49,216 nucleotides of DNA from a bacterium (GTDB lineage: Bacteria > Patescibacteriota > Microgenomatia > JAADGY01), in NCBI GenBank assembly GCA_027028625.1, contig JALVIH010000052.1, forward strand, positions 1-49,216, given 5' to 3'. The notes beneath the pieces are model-generated. The model worked only from the letters and a program-made list of their open reading frames with translations, made no database searches and was not told the origin of the DNA. This document shows, in pieces, positions 25,612 through 34,584 of the stretch (the stretch's first letter is position 1; each line of letters starts with the position of its first letter). Position numbers and translations under genes: made by a program.

Positions 25612-26022
25612 ATGCCTAGTGAAACACTACAAGAAAAGACACCTTCACAAGAAAAACTCTCACAAACAGATGTCCTATCTCCAAAAGCAGCAGCATTTTT
25701 AAGAGTATTAGCAGGTAGGTTTAAAGATTCTCCTCGAAATGTAGTTAACACCACTGGACTAACAGATATGGGGGTTGAGCGTTACACCATGTTATTCCAA
25801 AACAAATTAGGACCTATCTTAGAAAGAGTTAGTCAAAATCCTACTTTCGAACAAAAACTCCAAGAATGGTGGCATACTCTTCCTCCAGGGGATACCGAAG
25901 GAACCACTTTTATCACAATTGACGAAAAGGGAGTAGAGGAACTACTAGCATTCTTCAATGCAAATGGGGCTGAGCTAGTGAGAGGAGAGCTTCAGTTTTT
26001 AATAAATCGAGTCTTTGTTTAA
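25612..26022 (+). CDS. Hypothetical protein (136 aa, ORFan)
   Basis: ORF preceded by TGtTATAAT (25595-25603), 8 nt before the ATG. No recognisable motifs. Confidence 0.55.
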   Translation: MPSETLQEKTPSQEKLSQTDVLSPKAAAFLRVLAGRFKDSPRNVVNTTGLTDMGVERYTMLFQNKLGPILERVSQNPTFEQKLQEWWHTLPPGDTEGTTFITIDEKGVEELLAFFNANGAELVRGELQFLINRVFV

Positions 26023-26038
26023 TAAAGTTGCTACTTTA

Positions 26039-26067
26039 TTGACAAGAAATATTTCTGGGGATAATAT
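26039..26067 (+). promoter_or_regulatory. Sigma70-type promoter of the tyrS-operon leader (TTGACA-17-TAATAT)
   Basis: TTGACA at 26039-26044, 17-nt spacer, TAATAT at 26062-26067, then 6 nt to ATG 26074. Confidence 0.6.
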
Positions 26068-26073
26068 AACACT

Positions 26074-26145
26074 ATGTTATTAAGTCTATCTCACACTAAC
26101 ACTTATTATTACGTTAACCTTCGGGGAGGTGGGGTAGGCAAGTAG
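26074..26145 (+). CDS. Putative leaderless Tyr-Tyr-Tyr leader peptide MLLSLSHTNTYYYVNLRGGGVGK (tyrS-operon attenuator)
   Basis: 23 codons with TAT TAT TAC at 26104-26112. Codons 19-21 encode the antiterminator strand GGTGGGG. Too short to appear in the ORF track. Confidence 0.55.
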   Translation: MLLSLSHTNTYYYVNLRGGGVGK

Positions 26146-26178
26146 TATATTTACTCCCAAAAATTTAAAAAATCAGAC

Positions 26179-26201
26179 CCCACCTTTTCGGTGGGTTTTT
26201 T
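26179..26201 (+). terminator. Intrinsic terminator of the tyrS-operon leader
   Basis: CCCACC (26179-26184) pairs with GGTGGG (26190-26195) across a 5-nt loop, then T6 (26196-26201). Ends 15 nt before the SD-led ATG at 26217. Confidence 0.6.
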
Positions 26202-26216
26202 ATTAGGGAGCTGTTT

Positions 26217-26747
26217 ATGAAAAAAATACAAATAGGTGTCATGGGCTCTATGGCGGACATAAAACTAAGACAAACCTCAGTTGCCTTAGCTAGAGAGTTA
26301 GGGAGAGAAATAGGAAAAAGAGGAGCATTGTTAGTATTTGGTTACGAAGGGGATTTTGATTCCCTACCTGAAATAGCTGCCCGAGCAGCTGAAAAAGAGG
26401 GTGGACAAACTCTAGCCTTTCTTTGGGGAGATAACAAAAGGACAGCTAAAGATTTGTCCTCCATCAGAATAAGAACTGGGCAGATTCAAGGCGGGGGGAG
26501 AGAATTCCCCTTAGTTTTAAGCTGTGATGTTTTAATCTGCATCGGCGGCGGATCAGGAACATTAACCGAAATAGCCATAGCCTACCAAGCAAACATTCCT
26601 ATTGTGGTCTTAGCAAATTCAGGCGGTTGGAGTCAAAAACTAGCTGGTAAGTTCTTAGATGCCCGAAAAAGAGTAAAAATCACAGCAGCTAGAGATGCAG
26701 AAGAAGCTGTTAATATGGCTATCAAATTAGCAAGTTCTGTTCTATAA
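26217..26747 (+). CDS. TIGR00725/LOG-superfamily (SLOG) Rossmann protein
   Basis: 176 aa with IGVMGS at the N-terminus and ICIGGGSGTLTEIAIAY...IPIVVL (GGxGTxxE-type motif). GGGAG lies 7 nt upstream. 6 nt separate it from tyrS. Confidence 0.6.
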   Translation: MKKIQIGVMGSMADIKLRQTSVALARELGREIGKRGALLVFGYEGDFDSLPEIAARAAEKEGGQTLAFLWGDNKRTAKDLSSIRIRTGQIQGGGREFPLVLSCDVLICIGGGSGTLTEIAIAYQANIPIVVLANSGGWSQKLAGKFLDARKRVKITAARDAEEAVNMAIKLASSVL

Positions 26748-26753
26748 TAACTT

Positions 26754-27968
26754 ATGACTGTTATAACTGATGAAAAGTTAGTTGACCAGGTTCTAGATCG
26801 AGGGGTAGTAGAGATCCTGCCTTCTAAAAAGGAGTTTAAAGAACTTCTCCTCTCGGGGAAAAAAATTAGGCTTTACCTCGGTGTTGACCCGACTGGCTTT
26901 GAACTTCATCTAGGCCACTCATTAGCCTTGCGCAAACTTCAACAGTTTGCCGACCTTGGCCATGAAGTCATCCTTCTTTTGGGCACTTTTACTGGAATGA
27001 TCGGTGATCCCACCGGCAAGGACCAAACACGGACACCATTGACTTTTGAACAGATTCAAAAAAATATGGCTGATTACCAACGCCAGGCAGCCAAGATTCT
27101 TGACTTTTCCCGAGTCAAAATTAAGTACAACCACACTTGGCTGGCTAAACTTACCTTCGAAGAGATTATTAAATTAGCCGGTAACTTTACCGTTCAACAG
27201 ATGATTGAGCGGGATATGTTCCAGCGGCGATTAAAAGAAAATAAGCCTATCCACCTTCATGAGTTCTTTTACCCCTTAATGCAAGGCTACGACTCGGTCG
27301 CTATGGACGTTGATCTGGAAATTGGCGGCACTGATCAAACCTTTAATATGTTGGCCGGGCGGACCTTGATGAAAAAAATAAGGAATAAAGATAAGTTTGT
27401 TTTAACAATTCCTCTTTTGTTAGGCTTAGACGGCCGCAAAATGAGTAAAACTTACAACAACTACATCTCATTAACAGACAGTCCTCAGGATGTTTATGGC
27501 AAGACTATGCGCCTTCAAGACGAGCTGATTATTGATTGGTTTAAACTTCTTACTGACTTGCCGACAGAGGAAATAGAAGAGATGAAGCAAAAGATGAAAA
27601 AAGGCCAACTCAATCCAATGGAAGCAAAAAAACGTTTAGCTTTCATTCTGACTAGCTGGCTGCACAATGAAAAAGAGGCTCGAAAAGCCCAGCTTTACTT
27701 CGAGGATGTTTACCAAAAAAGACAACTCCCCCAAACTATTGAGGAAGTAAATCTAAAAGCAGACAAATATTCTCTTTTAACTCTCTTAAAGCAGCTGCCA
27801 ACCTCCCTTTCCAGCCGAAAGTTAAAACAATTAATCCTTCAAGGGGGGATAAGGCTCAACCAAAAAGTTGTTAATAACCCCACCAAAATAATAGAACTAA
27901 AAGAAGGAGAAAAAATCACTTTAAAAATAGGCAAACATTTATTTTTAAACTTAAAGGGGACCAAATGA
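26754..27968 (+). CDS. tyrS: Tyrosyl-tRNA synthetase
   Basis: 404 aa with the HIGH motif as ELHLGHS, KMSKS as KMSKT, and a C-terminal S4-like domain (SSRKLKQLILQGGIRLNQKVV). Confidence 0.95.
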   Translation: MTVITDEKLVDQVLDRGVVEILPSKKEFKELLLSGKKIRLYLGVDPTGFELHLGHSLALRKLQQFADLGHEVILLLGTFTGMIGDPTGKDQTRTPLTFEQIQKNMADYQRQAAKILDFSRVKIKYNHTWLAKLTFEEIIKLAGNFTVQQMIERDMFQRRLKENKPIHLHEFFYPLMQGYDSVAMDVDLEIGGTDQTFNMLAGRTLMKKIRNKDKFVLTIPLLLGLDGRKMSKTYNNYISLTDSPQDVYGKTMRLQDELIIDWFKLLTDLPTEEIEEMKQKMKKGQLNPMEAKKRLAFILTSWLHNEKEARKAQLYFEDVYQKRQLPQTIEEVNLKADKYSLLTLLKQLPTSLSSRKLKQLILQGGIRLNQKVVNNPTKIIELKEGEKITLKIGKHLFLNLKGTK

Positions 27969-28078
27969 AGATTAAACGAAAAAAGGTGGTACGAATTATT
28001 ACTATTGCCATTACCATCTTAATGGCACTCTCTTTAATTATTGGCTCGATTATTCCTTTTCTAAATGCCTTCCACTAA
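27965..28078 (+). CDS. Possible 37-aa single-TM mini-protein (MKIKRKKVVRIITIAITILMALSLIIGSIIPFLNAFH)
   Basis: ATG overlaps the tyrS stop (ATGA) and the 3' end overlaps the recG start by 14 nt. Basic N-terminus plus one hydrophobic helix. Not in the ORF track. Confidence 0.3.
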   Translation: MKIKRKKVVRIITIAITILMALSLIIGSIIPFLNAFH

Positions 28079-30110
28079 GCAGCTATCTTTAAGGTTAGAT
28101 ACAAAATTAGACGAGCTCTATTTAGTTGGTCCGGCTTTGGTTAAAAGGTTCAAAAAGTTAGGTATCTTAACCCTCAAAGATCTTCTTTATCTTCTACCGA
28201 ATCGTTTCGAAGATCGCCGACTCCTACAAACACCTCTTAATCGACTTCCTCTTCCTAGCAAAATTACTCTCACCGGGACAATAAAAAAAAGCCAAAGCCG
28301 CTTCAGTGCCCGTGGTTTACCTATTCAAATTTTTTCTCTCTCTTATCAGCACCAGCCAATTAAGGTTATTTTTTACAATCAACCTTATCTGCTAAAGACC
28401 CTTAAGCCAGGCTTGAAAGCTACTTTCTGGGGTGAACTTCAACTGGATTATCCAGGCTACCGTCTAGAGGCGGCCGGTTATGAAATCATCACTTCCAAAC
28501 CTCCCATCCACAGTTTGGGCATCATCCCCATTTACCCAGAGACAAAAGGCCTGACCAACAAAATGATCCGCCGTATCTTAATCTTTTACCTCCAAAAGGC
28601 CAGTTTTCTCCTTAAAGAATACTTGCCTAACTTCATCCTAACCCAAGAGGGTTATCCTCACTTACCCCAAGCTCTCTTCCAACTCCACCAGCCCAGCTCA
28701 ATTCAAGAAGGGAAAAAAGCCAAAGAACGTTTCCTTTTCGAAGAGGTTCTAGCCTACCAAATCGGCAGCCAACTAAAACGCAAAGAGTGGCAGGAAAAAA
28801 CCAGCTTTTTCCAAAGTTCAATTACACCTCAACAAGTTCTTCCGATTATAGAAAAAGAGAGTAACTTTCAGCTTTCACCTTCCCAAAAGGAGGTCATCTC
28901 TCAAATCCTTCTCGACCTAAAAAAGAAGAGGCCGATGAACCGCCTTCTCTTGGGTGATGTAGGATCCGGTAAAACTTTAGTAGCCGCCGCTGCCGCTTAC
29001 GCCACTTATTTAAGCGGCTGGCGGACGGTTTTGATGACCCCTACTGAAGTTTTAGCTAAACAAACAGCCGAAAAATTCCGTTCCTACTTACCTCCTAACC
29101 TCAAAGTAGGTTTACACACCCAATCCCACAAAGAAAAGAGTACAGATTGGAATATCTTAATCGGCACTCATGCTCTCCTTTGGCAGAAGAATCTTAAAAA
29201 CATTGGCTTAGTAGTAGTCGATGAACAACATCGTTTTGGTGTCCGCCAGCGAAGCAAACTAACCCAAACCAACCCCTCTCCTCATATCTTGACAATGACG
29301 GCAACCCCTATCCCCCGCAGTCTAGCCCTTACCCTTTTTGGCCATCTTGATCTAAGTTACCTCGAACCTCTTCCTAACAAGGGGAAACAAACTAAAACCT
29401 ACCTTTTGAAACCTCACCAAGTTGATCAAGCTTACCATTGGTTAGTAAAGGAACTAACTCAACACCCTGAAAAGAGAGCTTTTATTATCACCCCTCTTAT
29501 CGAAAACTCAGAGAAAGAAACAATGAAAGACATTAAAGCGGTTACCGCCCTCTACCAACAACTTCAAAAAAAGTATCCTAATTTCCCTTATTTTGGCCTT
29601 CTTCACGGCCGCCTCAAAGCTAAGGAGAAAGAAAAGGTCATCAAGGAGTTCCGAGAGGGAAAAATTAAAGCTCTCATCAGCACTTCTGTTGTCGAGGTAG
29701 GTATTGATATTCCTCAAGCTAACATTATCATCATTGAAGGAGCAGAACGTTTTGGTTTAGCTCAACTTCATCAACTCCGAGGAAGGGTAGGGCGATTAGG
29801 CCAACTTTCCTACTGCTTCTTGATACCTACCAAACTAACTACCCAAAGCACCAAACGCCTTCGACTATTAACCAAAATAACCTCCGGCCACCAATTAGCC
29901 GAGTATGATCTCAAGCTTCGCGGACCAGGACAGATCTTTGGTTTAGCCCAACACGGTTTCCCAAGCGAGCTTCTACCTTTCCTTACTAACCCATACCTCC
30001 TCAGTAAAGCCCAAAAGTATAGCCAAGAAATAGCTGCCCATCTTGACCGCTATCCCCGCTTGCAAGAATTCTACCTTCAGGGTAAAATTAAGGACATAAT
30101 ACTAAATTAA
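28065..30110 (+). CDS. recG: ATP-dependent DNA helicase RecG
   Basis: 681 aa with an N-terminal wedge/OB region and helicase motifs GDVGSGKT, DEQHRFG, TATPIPRS and QLRGRVGR. Confidence 0.92.
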   Translation: MPSTKQLSLRLDTKLDELYLVGPALVKRFKKLGILTLKDLLYLLPNRFEDRRLLQTPLNRLPLPSKITLTGTIKKSQSRFSARGLPIQIFSLSYQHQPIKVIFYNQPYLLKTLKPGLKATFWGELQLDYPGYRLEAAGYEIITSKPPIHSLGIIPIYPETKGLTNKMIRRILIFYLQKASFLLKEYLPNFILTQEGYPHLPQALFQLHQPSSIQEGKKAKERFLFEEVLAYQIGSQLKRKEWQEKTSFFQSSITPQQVLPIIEKESNFQLSPSQKEVISQILLDLKKKRPMNRLLLGDVGSGKTLVAAAAAYATYLSGWRTVLMTPTEVLAKQTAEKFRSYLPPNLKVGLHTQSHKEKSTDWNILIGTHALLWQKNLKNIGLVVVDEQHRFGVRQRSKLTQTNPSPHILTMTATPIPRSLALTLFGHLDLSYLEPLPNKGKQTKTYLLKPHQVDQAYHWLVKELTQHPEKRAFIITPLIENSEKETMKDIKAVTALYQQLQKKYPNFPYFGLLHGRLKAKEKEKVIKEFREGKIKALISTSVVEVGIDIPQANIIIIEGAERFGLAQLHQLRGRVGRLGQLSYCFLIPTKLTTQSTKRLRLLTKITSGHQLAEYDLKLRGPGQIFGLAQHGFPSELLPFLTNPYLLSKAQKYSQEIAAHLDRYPRLQEFYLQGKIKDIILN

Positions 30111-30151
30111 CCTACCCTCTACTAGAAGTTAGGTAAATAGACGGAGGAAAA

Positions 30152-30304
30152 ATGCCACCAGTTCCAAAAAGACGACACTCAACCGGTCGCAAGGGAAAAA
30201 GACGAGCGGCTTTAAAGATAAAAACTTTGCCCCAGACCGTCCGTTGCCCTTACTGCGGTGCCTTAAAACCCAGCCATCAAGCTTGCCCTGTTTGTGGTCG
30301 CTAA
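30152..30304 (+). CDS. rpmF: 50S ribosomal protein L32
   Basis: 50-aa ORF not in the track: MPPVPKRRHSTGRKGKRRAALK...CPYCG...CPVCGR (zinc ribbon). GGAGG lies 4 nt upstream. Confidence 0.88.
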   Translation: MPPVPKRRHSTGRKGKRRAALKIKTLPQTVRCPYCGALKPSHQACPVCGR

Positions 30305-30312
30305 ACTAAGAA

Positions 30313-30684
30313 ATGGCTACTCAAATTAACCGCAAACATCTCTGGAGAGTCCGGATGTTTAAAACTCTTTATCAGCTTCTCTTCAAAAACGAAAACGAAG
30401 AGGTTCTGAAAGAAAAAACCAAGGACATCCAGGACCAACTGCCAACTATCGATAAGCTAATTACCAAATATGCTCCTGAATGGCCTCTGGAAAAAATAAA
30501 TAAAGTAGATCTGGCCATTCTCCGCTTAGCCATCTATGAGTTGTTAACTAAAAACGCTCCTTATAAAGTCATTATTAACGAGGCTGTGGAACTAGCTAAA
30601 ACCTATGGCAGCCAAAACTCACCTTCTTTCATAAATGGTGTTTTAGGCAAAATAGTTGAGGAGGAAAAATGGCTCAGCAGCTGA
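30313..30684 (+). CDS. nusB: Transcription antitermination factor NusB
   Basis: 123 aa: [13 protein letters not shown]...[29 protein letters not shown]. Confidence 0.85.
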   Translation: MATQINRKHLWRVRMFKTLYQLLFKNENEEVLKEKTKDIQDQLPTIDKLITKYAPEWPLEKINKVDLAILRLAIYELLTKNAPYKVIINEAVELAKTYGSQNSPSFINGVLGKIVEEEKWLSS

Positions 30685-31376
30685 ACAAACCTAATTTAAG
30701 GGAATTAGAAAACATTTTAAACATAAATTTTAAGAATAAAGAACTTCTCTTAACCGCTCTCCGACATCGTTCTTACCTTAATGAGGTAAAAAATAAAAAT
30801 TTAATCTCTAATGAACGACTGGAGTTCTTAGGTGATGCAGTTCTGGAATTAGTAGTTACTGATTTCCTTTACCACCGTTACCAAGATCGACCAGAGGGTG
30901 ATCTCACCCATCTTCGGGCTTCTTTAGTCTGCACTTCCAGTTTAGCCAAACTAAGCCGCCGACTCCATCTAGGAAAATTTCTTCTCTTAAGTAAAGGAGA
31001 AAAACTCCAAGGAGGAAATAACAACGAAAATATTCTGGCTGATCTCTTTGAGGCTATTATTGGCGCCATTTATCTTGATCAAGGATATCAAAAAGCAGCT
31101 GAGTTTATTAAAAAGCATCTCCTTACTAACTTGCCTAATCGGATTAATCTTCAAGAAGTAAAAGATGCCAAATCATACTTCCAAGAAATAGCCCAAAAAA
31201 AGTATAAGGTAACTCCTCGTTACGATGTTCTGGAGGAAAAAGAAAAAGAGGGAGAAGATAAATTTACCGTTGGCCTTTACTTGGACAAAAAATTAATAAC
31301 TACAGCTCAAGGGAAAAATAAAAAGGAAGCTACTGAAAAAGCCGCTCAGAAAGCCTTAGAAAAAATAAAAGCCTGA
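30669..31376 (+). CDS. rnc: Ribonuclease III
   Basis: Signature [15 protein letters not shown], a second acidic site [13 protein letters not shown], and a C-terminal dsRBD. Overlaps nusB by 16 nt. Confidence 0.93.
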   Translation: MAQQLNKPNLRELENILNINFKNKELLLTALRHRSYLNEVKNKNLISNERLEFLGDAVLELVVTDFLYHRYQDRPEGDLTHLRASLVCTSSLAKLSRRLHLGKFLLLSKGEKLQGGNNNENILADLFEAIIGAIYLDQGYQKAAEFIKKHLLTNLPNRINLQEVKDAKSYFQEIAQKKYKVTPRYDVLEEKEKEGEDKFTVGLYLDKKLITTAQGKNKKEATEKAAQKALEKIKA

Positions 31377-31399
31377 CCCTATTACCTAGTTCCACTCCC

Positions 31400-34036
31400 T
31401 TAAGGGGTAGGGGTTGGTTGAGGAGTAGGAGTTGGAGTTAAGGTAGGAGTTAAGATAGGGGTAGGAGTTGGAGTAGGCGTAGGCTCGGTCCACGGTTGAT
31501 TAACACTCAAATGAAGATAGTTATGATCCTCCCGTCCACTATCCAGCCACACCTTTACCTCAATTGTGTGCCGTCCATCCTCTAAATGTAGATTGACCGA
31601 ATACTTCGATCGAGGCTCTGACCAACTTTCTTTCTCCTGATCATCCAGATAGAGGGTTACCTTTTTAATTTTCTCAGATGTAATAACTTTAAATCCAAGA
31701 GTTATGTCGTTAACATCTACTTCTTCTTTATCTTTATAATCGTCAAAGTTAATCAGAACCGGCTCTTGGCAGTACTCTGTCGGGACTTTATATCGCGGAT
31801 CGTTCTGTTGGCTTACCCACCAATCTATTCCTTCCTGCCACCTGTTAACCCCATCGGTGCTTAAGGGGTCCTTTTCCTTGAGGATAATTACTTCTTTCTT
31901 TTCATAATTACCCATTTCCACAGCCGCCTTTCCAGCTAGCTTAGTTGGGTCTGATTTACAAACATTGATGTAGGTGTGGATAGGATCTTTTCCTAAAGGC
32001 TGCGAGCCCTGAATAAAATAGTCCTTGTGAGAAGGAAAGTTGTCATGAGCTGGATAACCAGAAATGTTATCAACCTCCTCTTCAACCACATTATCCGGTT
32101 TTTGAAACTCAACTTTGGGTAATTTTTCAAACGTTTTTAAAATAATTTTCCGCCAAATAGGAGCAGCTCCAGTAATACCCGAGGCTAATCGTTTCATTGG
32201 CGAATTGTCATTATTACCCACCCAAACACCCACTAAAATATTTGGCGTCCATCCTATCGTCCAGTTGTCTCTTTTGTCATTGGTAGTCCCAGTTTTAACA
32301 GCTACCTGACGGTCAGGGATATAAATGGAACTATGAGAACCAAAAGTCAATAACCTAGCTTTATTATCTGAGAGAATAGAGTTTATAAGAAAAGCAACGC
32401 CTTTTGGCAAAACACGGCTAGGCTGAGGCGGTTCGAATTTGTCAATAAGTTGATTGTTAACATCAGTTATCTCCAAAACGGCCACCGGTTTTACCTTGTA
32501 CCCTCCATTAGCAAAAGAACTGTAGGCCGCTGATAGATCTAGAAGACGAACCTCTCCACCTCCTAAGGTAACCGCTAAACCAAAACGTTTTAAATTCTGA
32601 GAAGTCGGAGCTAAAGTAGTTAAACCAAGATCATTAGCTGTCGTTAACATATTTTTTATCCCAACCATAGCTAAAACCTTGACCGCTGGAATATTCAAAG
32701 AGTTGCCCAAGGCTGTTCTAAAGGAAACCGGCCCATGAAATTTTCCATCATAATTAACCGGTTTATAATCCTTCCCACCTTGAGAAACAAAAGTAGTCGG
32801 CGCGTCTACCACTATCTTTGAGGGGTACATTCCTTCTTTAAAGGCAGTGGCATAAGTTACCGGTTTGATAGCCGAACCAGGCTGGCGGAGGGCTAAAGTG
32901 ACGTTATACTGACCATCATAGTCTTGACTAAAATAATCATAAGAACCAACCATCACTAGGATCTGACCGTTAGTCGGGTCCATAACAACAACTCCCCCGT
33001 TGGTAATGTTCAACTTTTTCACTTTTTCTATTTCTTCCTTTACTGTATCCTGGGCAAACTTTTGAAGTTGGTAATCCAGAGTAGTTTTTACCTTGAAACC
33101 AGCTGTTAGAACTCTCTCTTCACCGTATTTTTTAGCCAGTAAACTCCGAACATACATAACAAAATGAGGAGCTCGAATAACATTACCTCGCATCTTAAAG
33201 TTTAATGGCTGCTGATAGGCTTTTTCCGCTTGATCTTTAGTTATGTAACCATCCTCCACCATCCGCCGCAAGACGTGTTTTTGCCTAGCCTTGAGAAGTT
33301 TCATATTTTGAGAATAACGAGTCGGCGACTGGGGTAAACCAGCTAAAGCTGCTGCTTCAGCTAGAGTCAAATCCTTAACATCTTTACCAAAATACTGCTG
33401 GGCGGCTGCCTTTATCCCCCAGGCCTGGCCACCATAAGGAGCTTCGTTAAGATACATCTGAAGAATCTCATCTTTGGTATATTTCTTCTCTATTTGGATG
33501 GTTAAAATTAACTCCTTTACCTTGCGGGGTAGGGTTCTTTCCGAAGATAGAAGAACATTCTTAACTAGCTGTTGGGTTAGAGTCGAACCTCCTTGAAGAT
33601 GGCCAAAAAGAACCGTGCTCACAAAAGCTCGAACAATACTCTTAAGGTCGAAACCAGGATGGTGGTAGAAGTTTTTATCCTCAACAGCTATGGTTGCTTG
33701 ACGGAGATAAAGAGGAACTTCTGACAATTTGACTGGCTCTCGATTTTGATTGGCATAAAGGCTATAAAGAAGAACTCCATTCCTATCAAATATCTGAGTA
33801 GAGAAACCACTCCGCCGCCTAACTTTATTTGGATTAGGCAAATCCTTAGCGTAATAAGCAAAAAGGAGAGAAATTCCTAAAAAACCCAGAAGGGTTAAAA
33901 CCAAAAAAAGAGAAAGGAGAATAATTGCCAGCTGAGACCAAAAGGGGGTATTCCTTAATCCCAAACGGCGATGATAATTCCTGACTTTTATTTTTCTGCG
34001 ATGAACTTCCTGATCCCAAAGACGACTAGCCATCAT
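31400..34036 (-). CDS. Class A penicillin-binding protein (GT51 transglycosylase plus transpeptidase) with a ~230-aa C-terminal extension and PT-rich tail
   Basis: 878 aa with an N-terminal TM. GT51 motifs EDKNFYHHPGFD and GGSTLTQQLVKN. Transpeptidase motifs SAIK (SxxK), SLN and KTGTTND. The tail ends TPTPTPTPILTPTLTPTPTPQPTPTP. Confidence 0.9.
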   Translation of the reverse strand: MMASRLWDQEVHRRKIKVRNYHRRLGLRNTPFWSQLAIILLSLFLVLTLLGFLGISLLFAYYAKDLPNPNKVRRRSGFSTQIFDRNGVLLYSLYANQNREPVKLSEVPLYLRQATIAVEDKNFYHHPGFDLKSIVRAFVSTVLFGHLQGGSTLTQQLVKNVLLSSERTLPRKVKELILTIQIEKKYTKDEILQMYLNEAPYGGQAWGIKAAAQQYFGKDVKDLTLAEAAALAGLPQSPTRYSQNMKLLKARQKHVLRRMVEDGYITKDQAEKAYQQPLNFKMRGNVIRAPHFVMYVRSLLAKKYGEERVLTAGFKVKTTLDYQLQKFAQDTVKEEIEKVKKLNITNGGVVVMDPTNGQILVMVGSYDYFSQDYDGQYNVTLALRQPGSAIKPVTYATAFKEGMYPSKIVVDAPTTFVSQGGKDYKPVNYDGKFHGPVSFRTALGNSLNIPAVKVLAMVGIKNMLTTANDLGLTTLAPTSQNLKRFGLAVTLGGGEVRLLDLSAAYSSFANGGYKVKPVAVLEITDVNNQLIDKFEPPQPSRVLPKGVAFLINSILSDNKARLLTFGSHSSIYIPDRQVAVKTGTTNDKRDNWTIGWTPNILVGVWVGNNDNSPMKRLASGITGAAPIWRKIILKTFEKLPKVEFQKPDNVVEEEVDNISGYPAHDNFPSHKDYFIQGSQPLGKDPIHTYINVCKSDPTKLAGKAAVEMGNYEKKEVIILKEKDPLSTDGVNRWQEGIDWWVSQQNDPRYKVPTEYCQEPVLINFDDYKDKEEVDVNDITLGFKVITSEKIKKVTLYLDDQEKESWSEPRSKYSVNLHLEDGRHTIEVKVWLDSGREDHNYLHLSVNQPWTEPTPTPTPTPILTPTLTPTPTPQPTPTP

Positions 34037-34062
34037 ACCTCATTTTACCTTAAGTCAATAGA

Positions 34063-34584
34063 TTAATGGTTGGGAAAATTTATAACCGACTCAAAAGAGT
34101 AAGAGACCGGACTGTGAGAACTCAGGGTATCAGTCAGGGTAAATTTAAGGGTCACCCAACTTCCCCAGGTATAACGACTGAAATGACTGCAGTCAAGCTT
34201 AAAATTACTCACTTTAACTTGAGAATCATTTAGAGGTATCTGTTTAGTAGACGTCTCAATGTTTTCACCAAAATCCGCACTTCGAGAAGCGATATTGGTT
34301 CCATCTATAAGGAAACGAGTTGTTCCCCCATCCGGATTAAGAATGGTGAGATAACTATTATCAAGACAATCTAAGGGACGGCTGCTCTGGGCCATTCTAT
34401 TGATTACTTCAATAATATGATCCCCTTCATTCTTAACCAACTGTTGGCGGCTAGTCTGCTGAGAAATATTAATTAGGTTACTTAAACTGCCAGAAATGAA
34501 GAGGGCTAAGATAGCCATCAACCCCATAACTACCAAAAGCTCTATAAAAGTAAAACCAGTAAGTTGTTTTTCTAATCTTGCCAT
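34063..34584 (-). CDS. Prepilin-type (pseudo)pilin
   Basis: Class III signal MARLEKQLTG/FTFIELLVVMGL (G-1, E+5). ATG 34584 is preferred over the longer tracked ORF. Confidence 0.7.
   Translation of the reverse strand: MARLEKQLTGFTFIELLVVMGLMAILALFISGSLSNLINISQQTSRQQLVKNEGDHIIEVINRMAQSSRPLDCLDNSYLTILNPDGGTTRFLIDGTNIASRSADFGENIETSTKQIPLNDSQVKVSNFKLDCSHFSRYTWGSWVTLKFTLTDTLSSHSPVSYSFESVINFPNH

Noticed and set aside
32430-32438. GGTTCGAAT, a T-arm-like tRNA signature
   Set aside because: It lies inside the well-supported PBP coding region, and no cloverleaf arms are formable around it. No tRNA gene was found anywhere in the window.
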